The notes under the pieces were generated by a model. That model made no database searches. It saw only the letters and a program-made list of their open reading frames with translations, and was not told the DNA's origin. Positions 13,009-26,722 of a DNA stretch of 64,000 nucleotides are shown one piece after another (position 1 is the stretch's first letter; each line of letters opens with the position of its first letter). The translations under genes were made by a program, and so were the position numbers. Where the stretch lies: the NCBI GenBank assembly GCA_964016885.1, contig OZ024740.1, positions 281,728,001-281,792,000 of the forward strand, read 5' to 3'. The stretch comes from Eledone cirrhosa. Lineage: Eukaryota.

Positions 13009-13201
13009 TAACAGATTAAAGTTTAAGCAAAGAATCGCTGAGTTTCAGAAGATCCCGTTACGGGTGAAAGCAGCGATTCTTTGCTTAAACTTTAATCTAT
13101 TATTTTAATAAATATTTGCTCTAAAGTTCTTATATATTTGATATATATTTATCCTTATCGAGCCCGCTTTGGATTTTAGTCTTCACATTTATTATTATTA
13201 C

Positions 13202-13202
<1 letters not shown>
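13001..13202 (+). mobile_element. PLE-type tail with fold-back and variant HHR (13041-13091); homolog 32541-32701 (-)
   Basis: IR 13001-13040 / 13071-13110. AGTTT-CAGAAGA-tCCCgttacGGGt-GAAA-GCA...TGC-TT-AAACT. Confidence 0.65.
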
Positions 13203-13299
<97 letters not shown>

Positions 13300-13455
13300 C
13301 ATGCGTGGGTACCTGTCTCCATATATATATGATTGTATATGGGTGTAAAAGTATCTATATTACTATATTTGTATGCATGCATATCCATATGTTTGTTTAT
13401 GTATACATAAATGCCTATCGTTCTATATGTATCTATTTAGATATATATACATATA

Positions 13456-13554
13456 CAGAGTGTCCCAAAAGAAGGTATACACACTCTGATTACCTGTACA
13501 GGCAATATTTATTAGAAAGCTGTTGAAGTCTGTATACACTTTTTGGACACCCTG
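13456..13554. mobile_element. Tc1/mariner-type MITE
   Basis: TA|CAGAGTGTCCCAAAA..GTATACA ... TGTATACACTTTTTGGACACCCTG|TA. Confidence 0.75.
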
Positions 13555-16009
13555 TATATGTGTGTATGTATACATGTATGAATATGCGTGGATCTGTGTG
13601 TATCGGCTTATGTGTGTGTATTTTTATTCATGTATGCATATACACATAGTTATATATGCATGCATATTTGAGCACCTCCACCTCTCCGTAAGCAAATGTT
13701 ATGCTTAATCACCTACACACTACATTTCAACCCCGCTGATTAATATTAACACATACATGGTTTATGCTACTTGATATTAGAACTATACAGCAAAACAAAC
13801 CGACATTCCTCTCTCTCTCATGTCCGAGTTCTACACCCTTCTTGACATAAATAACGAATAGATCCTTCTGTTGATATATACTCTGGTGCATGTGCTAGGT
13901 AATTGAGAAAGAAACATCTCTGAAATACTTATGTATTTCTGTACACAACGTATATCAAAGAAAATGTGATTACACATTTATAATTTAAATCAGGGCAGAT
14001 CTGACTGTGTAGGAAAGTAGGGGAAAGGACTATAAATGCCATAAATGAGAGGAAAGGGAGGGGCATGGACTATTAGGCCACGGAAGAAGGGGATAGAAAG
14101 GGGGAGAGGGCGATAATCGGTATTTCGGTTGCACCCGCGGACAAAACTGCAAAGGCATTTCTGCGGACAATGGCCGGCGACACTCACTGCAACAGTCGGG
14201 TTCCTTCCTCAGACGAGGACTCATGATTTTACAATTCTAGCATTCTAACCACTAAGTCAACCAGTCTAAAAATTAATTTTAAAATAAACGCAGAAACAAC
14301 TCGGAGTTATTTCAATGAATAAATATTAATCTTGAAAAGGATGTGAAATGTTCAAATGAAATACTAAAACACAGATATAAATAAAACTGAAAGATTTTAT
14401 ATTAATATATTTCATGTCTAGACAAAAGCTGGGGGCCAAAAACCAGAACATAACAGGAATCTAGATAATTAATGTTCATATAAGACTTCCGAACGTTTGC
14501 TTCCGAACGTTTGCTAGTACACTTCGTATTCTTCTTAAATCTGCTTAATATGAGATTGGAAAATGATGAGAGAATGTAGCAACTATCAACATAAAGTATT
14601 ATTCTATTGTTTCTTCGCTCGTAAGAACATACGTATGGTGTATGATAGGCGAGAGCAGTCGCGATTCATCTAAAGAACTTCCAACGATATCTAAGAGATA
14701 GAAATGTGATCATTATCAAACGCAAAGGACGATCAAAAATACAATCCCGGAAAATCTTCCACTCGTTGTATCGAATTGCCTAATCCTGTCAGTGGTTTTT
14801 TTTTTGGGGGGGGGGGGGGGGGTGCTATTCTCGCTAGAAACCTATATACTTTCTAGCGTTGTCGTCTTAGCATTTGAAAACAATTAACCCTAACCCGAAT
14901 GATTTCTTTCTTTTCACCACGGGTGTAGTTTTCAATTGTCATAACTTTTTTCGAGGGTGAGCTCACTTCATTACGTGCGTTAGTTCCCACTTAAACCAGT
15001 ACTTTTCATGAAATATCCATCCTTGGGAAATTTTTCTGAGTCATTATGATATTGTTTAGTTTGCTGAAAAGGGTGATATCTACATTTACTTTTGTTTCAA
15101 CTATATTGCGTAATTTGGAAAATGCGGTAAGTTGTTGTTGTAGTTATTTAGCATAGATCGATGCTAATCGAATGGGCTTGATCAACCTCATTCAAGTCGG
15201 GACCATCTCGTCTTTTTCCTATGCAGTTTCCCCTAGGGTATGGTATCCAATGTGCTGTTATATTCTAAGACGGCATGCTATCTTTTGGGTAATACTTGGA
15301 TGATACAAGATCAAATGACCACGTATATATTGTTTTATTGAGTCGTTGTGAGAGGTTAATTTTAACGTTTATCTTAAATTCTGTTACATTATTATTGGGT
15401 TGTTCAGAGATTATTGCATGTTTTGTTTTAATTTGTTCCATCGTTTTTAAGAATAAAAGCTCATGCAAGATGTGTAAAATGACGTATAAGTTTATTTTAT
15501 GCTTAACGGTTCTATGTAAATCATTTTGAATATAAGATACGTTTTTGTCAATTTTCAGATTTTTTAAGTTAAGATGTCAAAACAGACAATCTTTTACTAA
15601 CTGATTTCCACTTTTTCAAGCATTTCGATAAATTCTTGCAAGGAAATGTATTCAACAAACCAAACAGCCGCAAAAAAAATCCTTCGAAGAATTCATCGCC
15701 TCCAGAATATTAAAAAGTTGTTACCAGAATTAATATTTTCTATCTTTTGGCAAAACATTGTAGATTCTCGTGGTTTTTATTTCGATCAATAAAATTTATT
15801 CTTGACTGAGATATGCCGTTACGTTAATGCTTAAAGACGTACATTAATTTCTGAAAAACCTGATAGAAAAAAGTAAAACATTGGAAGGAAGGGAGTGAGT
15901 GGGAGTTCAGAGAAAATAACATTTATATACAAGTTAGTATGATAGTTTTTAGTTTAGGCACAACGTAGTGGAGAGGAAAGTCGAGTGTATCGCATTCTAT
16001 AATGACAGA

Positions 16010-16242
16010 ATGACAAAAGACTAAGTTGATTTCGGCGGGATTAGAACTTAAAAAATAAAGAACAGAAACAAATACGCTGGAAGCATTTTAGTCGGCGTGT
16101 TACCAATTTTGCCAATCTACCACCTGCCCATTGTAGAAATAATTGTTTCTACTTTTGGCACAAGGCCAGCAATTACCACTACATTACTGGTACTTTATTT
16201 TATCGACCCCCGTATGGATGAAAGGCAAAGTTAACCACGGCT
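16010..16242 (-). mobile_element. Nested SINE fragments (Nin-like domain)
   Basis: Homology to the 52817-53003 SINE. Confidence 0.6.
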
Positions 16243-16354
16243 AGAAATAATGGTTTCTGATTTAGGCAAATGGTCAGCAATTCTGGGAGTCGGAGATTCG
16301 ATTTCTCATACTGACCAGACTGTAATCGACTAGTACTTTATTTTATCGCTACAG

Positions 16355-17147
16355 CAATGCGGAAGACTTATACATATATAATATGAAAGAGTAGCGGTGG
16401 AATGATCCAGTAAAAAAAAACAATAAAATGCAAACATAACAGACCAGATATAATGCTATGGGACAGGGAAAAGAAGGCATACACAGTGGTAGAAGTTAGA
16501 TCCCCAGCAGATGCCAATATAATATTAAAGATTAGCTAAAAGGAGAATATCTATGCAGAGAAATCTACAGATACTCCACCTGACTATACCTTCAGATTTA
16601 TACATGTGAGACACTGGAATCTGTTAGTAACTGCCTCAGTACAAATCTTGAGAAGCTAGGCTTCACAGAAACAGAAAGAACACGACTAGTTAGGAAATTA
16701 CAAGTACAATCCAGTACATCTGCTGGGGATCTAACTGTGTATGCCAGTACATCTGCTGGGGATCCACTGTGTATGCCTTCTTTTCCCTGTCCCATAGCAT
16801 TATATCTGGTCTGTTATGTTTGCATTTTATTATTTTTTTTACTGGAACATTCCACCACTACTCTTTCATATTATATATGTATAAGTCTTCCACATTTCTG
16901 TAAAAATATGTTAAACATTCCAAAGATTCTGTATCGAATAACTGCATATACACTTGTACAGATACAAAGCATATGCACACATATAACTCAAAACAAACAT
17001 CCACACATCCACATATGCATGCATGCAGATATGCAGACATTTCTACCTAGCTGATGTGTAAATTCCAATGAAGAGAGTCTTGTATCTATGTTAGAAACCG
17101 ACTCTCTCTCTATTGGTAAAAATTCATAAAATTATAAAACTAGAACA
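16355..17147 (+). mobile_element. 3' relic of an RLE-type (R4/Dong-like) non-LTR retrotransposon with an internal inverted duplication, ending at (CATA)n
   Basis: Translates to KCKHNRPDIMLWDREKKAYTVVEV.SPAD (RPD..E nuclease motif) ...LVRKLQVQS. The frame resumes TVKIC*TFQRF after the inverted segment ~16725-16896. Confidence 0.75.
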
Positions 17148-17282
17148 TACATACATACATGCATACATGCATACATACATACATACATACATACATACAT
17201 ACATACATACATACATACATACATACATACATACATACATACATACATACATACGTGTGTGTGTGTGTGTGTGTGTGTATAA

Positions 17283-17930
17283 TCTATATATATAAAACTG
17301 TGGTTGTCTGTCTGTCTATCGATTTTTGGCACACATCTCCTCTTAGAATCTCTCACGGAATTGCACCAAAATTGCTATACTTGTACATTGAGCCCTAGCG
17401 AAGACATCGGAAAAAAATATTTCAAATTGACCCACCCTATGTGACGAAATCGAATATAATGTATCGATTTTTCCCCCCACACTACATGACAATACACTGC
17501 TTATCACTATAAATGGTAACTCAGTGCAATTCCTAGATTACTACTACAAACCCAAAGTTCACTCACCATACAAACTTCGTCTGTCCCCTCTCTACCTCTC
17601 TCTCTACATCCATTACACTCTCTGTCTCTCGCCTTTGGCCTACCTCCCTCTCAACATCTATGAACCTGCCCTCTGGGGCAATAAATAATTCCGACCTTAA
17701 CTATCAACGCATCTCTCCAAAAGTAACCAGTATAATAAAACCCCTACCATAACATTTTGATTAAGATATCTACAAACTACTCTCTCCTACTTCTCCAACC
17801 TCTGCATATCTTTCTCTATCTCTCCCTCTCCCCTACTTTTCTCTCTTCCTTTTCTACTCTATCTTCCCCAACAACCCCACTTAAGGGTATTTACATTGTA
17901 CATTTTACTATTCTGCTCTGAGGAAACAGT
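17283..17930 (+). mobile_element. Helitron-like non-autonomous 5' portion (right end uncertain)
   Basis: A|TCTATATATATAAAA..GTCTGTCTG start like the 51558 element. No 3' CTAG end found. Confidence 0.45.
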
Positions 17931-19999
17931 GGTCACAGCATGGCGTCCGACCCTCTACCGATACTGCCAATTCACCGCACCAATCAGTAAATAATGATGC
18001 AATTCAATTCAAGCACTCGGCGTATATGTAGAATAAGGAAAATGCGAAGTTCGTTGTAGATGATAAAGAGTCCTTTATTAATAAAGCTGTGATACATATT
18101 TCAATGACGAGTACTGGCTGTCGATTCTTTCTCTTCGCACTTCCTAACTCTTCTTCTCTTTAAGAAATTCGCTATGTTTAGACATTGAAAGATATGGGCG
18201 CCATCAAATTTAAAGTGCTCAAGATACGACGTATCTCATGACGACGGCGCTCCTGCGATTCCATCATGAGTTCGGTTCCTTACATACACGTCCCATACAA
18301 TTGAATTGGCATTTTATTTCTTTATAGTCCTGGATAAACTAAGGTTAAATGTAGTTTTCTTCGACACATAAAGTCTTATTTTGTATAACTGTAATACACC
18401 AATGCATTAAAAGGGACACATAGTGACGATTCCCACTTGGCTCTCATATCTTTTAAAATTATTATTACTTTTCCTTTCTGTAAATAAATTATATTTACTA
18501 TTTAGTCCACATTTGTTTATGACTGAAAAGAAAAATGAAAAGAAAGTATAAAATCGAGTGCTGGGATTATAGATTGTAAGAAAGCTACAAGTATGTAGCA
18601 TGAAGGTAACCTGGACGAATTAATCTAATGCCATTTCTTTCATTGTGGACAAACAAAGAAAATATTTCGCGTCAGAATTTGCAACAAATACGAACGAGTG
18701 AATAAAAAACAAACAAATGTATTTGTGAATGCTCGAAATATAATACAAAATTATTATAAACTTACTATAGATAACTATTAACGTGTAAGGTATTGTTTAT
18801 CTGAGAATTATATGGATTTGACTTCCGTTGGTTTCGACGACGAGCGTTCCAGTTGTTCGGTCAACGAAACACCCTATTCCTGAAATTAACGCGTAAGGTA
18901 TTGAGCATTACACAGACACGTTTATCTTTAACGTAATTCTCAGAGAGATTCAACGCTTAACAATATGTGACAGGGCCGACTCTTTGGATTACAGGTAGAG
19001 TCTATTCAATAGGATTTCAAAACTTTCTGGCAACCCAATTTCACTCACATGGCATGAGTCCACATGGGGTTATGGCAAATAGAATTTGCCTAAGACGCCA
19101 CGAAGTGGAATCCAACCTGGAATCTAATGTTTACTAAATCAAATCCTTATCAAATCCTATTCGGCTATGCTCATCCACAGAGAGCTATCTGGTATTTGGA
19201 TAATTACAGTGAAGTTTGAACAAAGGACAAGTAAGTTCGATTCCTCTTTAATTCTCACTTTTATTGACTTACACATCGTCTTTGTATATCTTCACAAAAA
19301 AAACAAAATCATTAAACTTATAAAAGACAATATTGTTATTCTAAATGCTGTTTTTTTTAACCAATAGAATATCAATTCAGATTTATTAGTTTCCGTTTGG
19401 CTTTTATCAAATTTTTTTTTTTTTCTTACATTTTTTATGACTGCACGTTTTGACAACACAAGTATTCTAATTGAAACACTCTAACTATGTAGTAGAATAA
19501 ACCTATAATGGAAACATCATCTTGATATTACTGGAAATATAATGTTCTGGGAAATCATTGAGGTAAAAAGAAATAGAATACAAAACCGGTAGAAAGGTAA
19601 AAAGAAACAAAATAAAGATCAGTTTTCCAATCAATTTTCCCCAGACGATTTAAAATTCGATTAGAAATTGAGAGTTCATTCTATAGTACAAAATTAAAAG
19701 TACTCTCCAGATAAGTGTCATGATGGGGAACTTAGACATATAGAAAAAGGTAAATTACATCTAGAGTATGGTTATTTAAGTAACAATATGACTTAATAGA
19801 AGTTTACTATTTGATATTCAATATTTCCATTAGCTTTCAAAACTTTTCATTGGGGTGTTTTCTGACTTTCTAAAATATATAACATTTTCAAACAAAGTTT
19901 GTTTGCTTTCAATAAAACTAATTCGGCTGTTTGTTTCATTACCGACTATTTTCCTTATCTTAGATATTCACTCATCAGCTGTCTCCAGTCATATTTTAA

Positions 20000-20056
<57 letters not shown>

Positions 20057-20086
20057 TGTGTATGAGAATGACTTCGTGTGTGTGAA

Positions 20087-20119
<33 letters not shown>

Positions 20120-20934
20120 ATAGTGAGTTAGTATGTATGAATGTGTATGAGTGCGTATGTTAGTGTGTGAAAGAAAGTGAGAGTATCTCTGTGTGTATGT
20201 GCGTATGCTTGAGTGTAGCGTTCTACATGAATTATATTTATATATACAAGTAAAGTGTCGAATGTTAGATATGGCTGGAGGATTTTATTTTCATTTAACT
20301 AAGACTATTATCGCAATTTCAAGACAGAACCTACCATTCAAGCCCCAGCAAATCAAGCAAAGAAAAGACACTCTACAATCTGAATTGATACAATATTTTA
20401 GAACATTTTTAGAAAATGCAGTGTGAATGGACCTTGCATTAATGACAACTAGAAGACAATGGACATATTTTCATAGCGAAGCATATTCACTTACAACTGT
20501 GAATAATAAAAAGAAATGTGAAAGTAACCATACCCTGGCTCTGTCTTAATGAAACATAAAGACGAAAATACTTGAGGGGAGATTTCTGCATGAAGTTTAT
20601 ATATACAAGTAGAGTCTCGCAATTTCCGAACTTAAACCGAGGGTAGTATCAGTTGATTGAATTTTTTCCACTCGTCATGAGATTCTACATGTGTAAATAC
20701 ACTTTAGATGCTTTTTTTTTTGTTTTGTTTTTTTAATGTAGAAGAGGAAATCTTAAATGACAGGCAGATACTTAATGTTGACGAAACGGCTTTATTGTCA
20801 TCATCAAAAACAAAAACGATGACAATTGTTACCGGGCAAAGCAAGAGCGAGCACACTCGTTTAAATTCCCAAAGGTGGCTTAAAACCGTTGAAAATTATA
20901 TAGATATGAAAAAGAAAGACAAAAACAAAATTAT

Positions 20935-22620
20935 GTAATGAGAAAAAAGGGAAGGGTAAAGAAGAGTAGATCTGGTGGTATGAGAAAATAGAGGAAAGGA
21001 CTATAAATGCTATAAATGTGAAGAAAACGAAGGAAAAGGTAAGAACTCTTGGACCAAAGAAGAAAGAGAGGGGGAAGAGATAATGGTGAGGGTGATGAAC
21101 TCTGGGCATATGGCGGGCGGTGTTTGGGCTGTGCTCCGCACACAAAGTTGCAAAGGTATTTCCACGGCCAATGGTCCACGATACCTGCTACAACAGCCAC
21201 CCCACATTGTAGGGCTCCTTTCTCAGACAAGCTGCTGACGTACGGATTTTGGGGAGGAACTCGGCAGTACGAGGTCCAAGGACGCCTGAGGTCTTGACAG
21301 TGACCGGCATTGCAGGCCACAGTACCGGGGTTTGTGGCCGAAACGAACAAGTTGGAGGCGGAGAATGTGTCACAACATGTGGCGTCTCAGATGAGGGATT
21401 TACCTTTTTTCGAATGAGAAAAGGGTTATTCCGTCGGGGCGGTTACCGTCTCCGCGGTCGAGGCCTGCTAGCTCCAGTTGTGATTGGAAGCCAGCTACAT
21501 CCAGGTTCCTTTTTAATACGTCATTGAGAGCGGTATGTCGTTGGGCCACTCCGATGCGAGTGCACTGCATGCGTCATCACGAAGGGTACCGGCTGAGGAG
21601 GAAGGCGAGGCGGTGTTGGTCCCAACCAGACAATCCGGCTGAAGGAAGACCTGCATTTGGTATCGTCTCAGTTACGTTGGACATTTGTATACTATGAGCT
21701 TCACCTGTTACTAGCCCGCGCTATCGAAACTGACATTGCAGATGAGTTCCGCACAGGGTCGGATGGTGGGGTCGAGTTCACCGAGGAGATTTATGTGTGG
21801 GTGACAAGGTGCACCGCCCAACGTGAACAAGAATTTGAGGAAGGTGAAGCAGCTCCTCACGAGGAAGAGCGTCGATGAGACGCAGCATCTCTGCCATTCA
21901 CGACAGGTCTGAGTGTTTGGTCTCCAGCCACTCTCTTATGGCTTGCGAGAGAATTGGAGAGCCGAGGATACAGGCGGTGTCTTTAGGTGATAGCCGATCC
22001 CCAGGCAAGATGGGATGGATGCTAAGTACAGCATCGTGGAATTCGGCCTCTCCGTAACTACGAGTCTGGGGAACTTTAGAGCTGGGATGATTAGCCGAAG
22101 GTCTCTATCGTCTCAGCCGAGCCACCTAGGGTTGTATTGTCCAGGTACGAGTGGATCTCCTTGCTGGACACCCGTAGCGAAAGTAACCTTGTTGTCAGCG
22201 GACATGAGTAAGCTGGGTCTTCCGTACAAGAGGTGAAAGAGTGGGTAAATAGAGAGTAAAGTATCGCAAGCATGGCAGGGAAAATTGGCGCGTAGAAGAC
22301 AGTTGATGGGGGCTGTTATCGACTGGAGAAATTGAGCTTCTGCCTCTGCAGGGTGAGGGGAGATAAGGTTTCTGAGGTGACCGGGTGCAGGCCGTCCACT
22401 CTGCCACTGCTGCTGCCTGGGAAGGAGTCAAGGAAAATACTACGTCCTCACTAGAAGCAGCCGGATAAAGATTACTTGCCGGGGCTGGGACGTCCCTCAT
22501 GTCGGCTGGGAGTTCCGGCTGTTTATGGCGAAGTGCTAATAGGCATCTGGAGAGAGTCGGAGTACATTGTCGCTCGAAACCAGCACACGTACCGCCGTGG
22601 AAATGCTGCCCGCAATTAAT
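20935..22620 (-). mobile_element. Degraded CRE-clade non-LTR retrotransposon (RT + restriction-like endonuclease)
   Basis: Minus-strand translation gives GVQQGDPL, YLDNTTLGG and DGNRPDGITLFSFEKGKSLI*DATCCDT. GC-rich relative to the flanks. Confidence 0.8.
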
Positions 22621-23219
22621 TTGAGGTTGTCTCTGTCCCAGAGACGTTTCATGCAGTCAGAAGTGGTCTGTGTGTGTCAATAAAGAATATTTAATTTGCG
22701 CTTTGTTGCAGTAACAATTTTAAATGTAAGGATTTTTCGAGCTTGTACCCGTATATTCAAATTTACTGCGGGCTAATTTCTGCCATAAATAAGGAAAAGC
22801 AAATTTATTGGTCGAGTGGGATAGTAAGTTTCTAGTATAGTGGTGGCGTTGGCAGTGATTTAATGTTCATTAATAAAGGTAATTCAACCCCGAATTTCTT
22901 GTTATAGATTTCTGAATCTTTCAGGAGTGAGAGCCTTACTTGAGTTTTCTTAAAATTTGAAGGCATGGTGAGTGAGTGTAAGCTAACATATTTACCATGT
23001 CTCAACTGCCATCTTCCATGCTTCCCTAAATGCCTCAAATACGTCAGCTAGCCGGTAAGTGTCAAGTTTTAGGTAAAATAATATATGGTAGAATCCTTGT
23101 ATTGATTTCAATTAACCTACTGTACTAGCCGATTGTTTTTTTGGGCCCTTCAGATATTCTACTGGATCCATAAAAATTATTATAAATAACTAGGTTTTGC
23201 TTTAGGTTACGACGAAGCT

Positions 23220-24000
23220 TTTTTTTATAGTACTTCAAGATTTTGTGATATGTTTCTCAGTTTGGAGCATTTCATATTACAAATAATACACTGATATATT
23301 TTCCTCCTCAAAATAGCTTCTGCAATTCAAAGCTATGATAAGGATAGGACAATGTTATTAAGTCGAATTATGGCAATGCTAGTAATATGAATAGCAAGTA
23401 TAGTGACATTCAAACGCAAATTAAATAGCTGAATGAGGTTGCAGATTATATTCTGTCATGCACAATCTCTGAATTTGATCGAAAAACTACATATTTCCAT
23501 TGAATTAGTGTACATTTTTCTGCTTCTATATATGAGCTCCGGCTTCTTTCTCCTGTATTATCTGATGGATATGTCCATTTGTCTAATGTTAAAACAATGT
23601 CAAATACTAGTTAATCAGCTTGATCAAATATACCAAAAGCTCTTTTACGCAGATTTTCTCAAAGAAAGAAAAGATTTGAATGATTTATTAAATGACAATG
23701 ATCAGAAAAAGTGTTGACAACTGATTCTTAGACAGTTTTTTTTTTTATCCAACATGAAGCTGGAAACATGAATAAAGTGCTGCAGCCTTTTCAAATGACC
23801 CATGTTTATTTGCAATCTGATCACAGTTTATGGTCGCTATGAATCCTTGAATGAATATATTCGAGTTAATCAATGGGAGAAAGATCTAAATAGTATGCAA
23901 CTTATCAACAACAAGCTCGAACAGAACACAAGCGAAATCATGAATTAAATGTTTTCGGTAGTTACAACAATTTTGCCATATGTGATTTATCAAAAGTGAA
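23220..24000 (+). pseudogene. Highly degraded hAT transposase fragment
   Basis: YGNASNMNSKYSDIQTQIK*LNEVADY..CHAQSLNLI and VLQPFQMTHVYLQS motifs across frameshifts. Confidence 0.65.
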
Positions 24001-24149
24001 CGGTGTATTTGGATTCCTCCATTAGTTATAGTAGTTTACACTTGAAAATACTGTAAAGAAGTAATACTTGTCAAATAACGGCACAGTTAACCTTGGTGGG
24101 ATTTGAACTCAGATCGTAAAGGACCGTAACTCTATGATGCAAATTATGG

Positions 24150-25268
24150 TAGTTTGGTCAAATTAGACTTGGGAGTGACCTTTCCAGGCCCTTACAAAGC
24201 ACCAATGGTGTGAAGCAAGGTTGCGTTCTTGCTCCAAATCTGTTCTCTTTATTTTGTTTTAATATGATGCTGAAGCAAGCTATGAAAGACCTGTAAGAGG
24301 ATGAGGGGGTCCATATCAGCTTCAGCAGTGATGGAAACCTCTTCAACCTGCGACGGTTGGAGACACACAGTAAGGCCACAGATAAACTGATTCGAGAGCT
24401 CCTGTTTGCTGTCGATGCTGCATATGTTGCGCATACTGAAAAACATGCAGCGCTATAATCCATGCTATGCAAATGCTTCTGACCTATTTGGTCTATAAGT
24501 CATCTTGAAGAAGACTGAAGACCTTTACCAACCTGCTCCCCAAGATATATACCATCCACCAAATATGTTCATGAAGCAGGCCAGGCTGGATCGTGTGCAG
24601 CAGTTCTGCTTTCTTGGGAGTGTCACTTCCCCCAATACTAGAATCGATAAGGAATTAGACAACTAGCCAAAGCCATTTTTGCCTTTGGGAGACTTAACAA
24701 AACAGTGGCAAATCTCAGCATTTACAGGGTCGTAGTCCTTACCACTTTCTTTTACGGCTCAGAGTCATGTCTGCGCACCATATTAAACATTCAATGGAGT
24801 AACTATGTCAACAATACAAAGGTCCACGAGAAGACCAGGACCACCAGTATCGAGGCCATGCTCATGAAGACACAGCTGCGGTGGGTGGGGCATGTCTCCA
24901 GAATGGCAAACCGTCGCCTGCCAAAGATCATACTCTATGGAGTATTGTCTTCTGTTTGTCGAAACAGCGGTGCACCCAAGAAGCGGTACAAAGATATGCT
25001 AAAAGGAACCCTGAAAGTATGTAATCTCGAACCCACAAGTGGACCACCAAGGCCACCCCATCCGCCAAGCTACCAGCATATTTCAAGCAAACCATCGTGC
25101 CAGCCTGAGGAAAGAAGAGCCCGGCTGAAGTCCTGTGTCAGAGAGGGGTTATGCACAACACAGACATTTCTCTGTGACCACTGTGGATCGATCTGCCGAT
25201 CTCAGTTCGTCCACATCAGTTACCAACGTGCATGTTCGCAAAGGAGACAGAAGAGTTCCAATCTTTAG
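24150..25268 (+). mobile_element. RTE-clade LINE 3' portion, degraded
   Basis: GVKQGCVLAPNLF, LLFAVDAA (FADD), QLRWVGHVSRM, LPKIILYG and a C-terminal C2H2-like motif. Confidence 0.9.
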
Positions 25269-26227
25269 GTATCTTCGTATCGATGTCATCGACATAAAGC
25301 TCTAGAATACCAAGACACTAACGCTATCATTTTAATTAAAATTAATAGAATCTGTGCCATTGCTTCAGTTCGCCTGGTTTAAAACATTTACTGCATAACC
25401 AGAAAAAGAAAAACGAATATAACGAATATTCAATTTAAAAAATGCATTCCAGCATAACATTAAAATTCGCCTCTATTCTTTGAAGTAATAAATTTTTTCG
25501 TCAACAAATTCTCAATTGTTCTTCTTGTCATGAATAGAAATCTACTTGTTGTCTTACATTATGCATAAACGATTAGTTAGTTTTCACATCAACTTCTGTG
25601 AATGTGTCCGCTGAGAATTTCACTATTGTAAAATACACTGCAAATGTTATAGAAAAATTAAGTTGAGAGATACAGTTGTATCGGTCACAAAGCAAATATT
25701 TTGGGAGTTAACTGTTTTATTTTATTATCCACTCTACTCATTCAGAGTGGCTTGATTGGAAGCATAAAAAACGTATTGTAAATTCCCACAGCGTTTCACT
25801 CGTATCAATGGCTTCAATGTTATGACATTTACGCTGGGTATAATTTAACTAGTGGTTATACAAATGCTCAATTACGATTCAGTTTTAATGCCGAAAGTAA
25901 CCTTCTCCAAATTTCCCATAACTATTGCCCAGCTCTGGGTCTCTGTTAAGTTTAATTCCGCGAAATCAGTATGCATGTTTCGATGGTCCAGCTCCATTAT
26001 CTGATTATGATGCAAGATAAGGCGATTTTATCAGGTATCATCAGCAGAATTATGTAACAGGATTGCGTTGAACCTAAACATATAATGGAAGATAGGATAT
26101 AGAGAAAATAGAAAATAGAAAATTGATTCGGGGACAGCCTGCAAATATGGTGTTATATCGATAGAAACTAGTAATAATAACATTTGTACTACCTCTTTGT
26201 TTTTCTGTTTTTTGTTCTGTTTACTTT

Positions 26228-26260
<33 letters not shown>

Positions 26261-26262
<2 letters not shown>

Positions 26263-26450
26263 ATATGTACATGACGACTAAGAAAAGGGGAACTCAATAC
26301 TGAAGTAGAGTTTAAAAGTCCATTTTATTAAGGCTAAATAGCGTGTCTTGTTACTCTGGAGTTTCGCTTGTTTATCACAGGTTCATCGATGACACTGATA
26401 AACAGGCGAAACTCCAGAGTAACAAGACTCACTATTTAGCCTTAATAAAA

Positions 26451-26453
<3 letters not shown>
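26261..26453 (-). repeat. TA-flanked fold-back module truncated at the HHR core
   Basis: IR 26321-26452. Minus strand reads (c)GATGA-ACCTGT-gataa-ACAAGC-GAAA-CTCCAGAG-TA-ACAAG. Confidence 0.7.
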
Positions 26454-26496
<43 letters not shown>

Positions 26497-26607
26497 AATA
26501 ACAGGAGGCTGGACTGGTGTAGTTCCTTAAAAGGTTTATTATACTATGATCATTTCAATGACCTGGTTCAGTATGAATCCGGTGACATAATCAGGTATTC
26601 AAAATAT

Positions 26608-26722
26608 AACTGTTTCTACTTTAGGCACAAGGTCAGCAATTACCCAGTGCATTACTGGTACTTTATTTTATCGACCCCGTAAGGATGAAAGGCAGCGTTA
26701 ACCTCGGCGGGATTTGAACTCA
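26608..26722 (-). mobile_element. SINE fragment (Nin-like)
   Basis: Near-identical to 52817-52932. Confidence 0.75.

Noticed and set aside
18179-18279. Possible minus-strand terminal exon (TELMMESQERRRHEIRRILSTLNLMAPISFNV*)
   Set aside because: Short, no polypyrimidine tract, no recognised homology. It needs RNA-seq to support.
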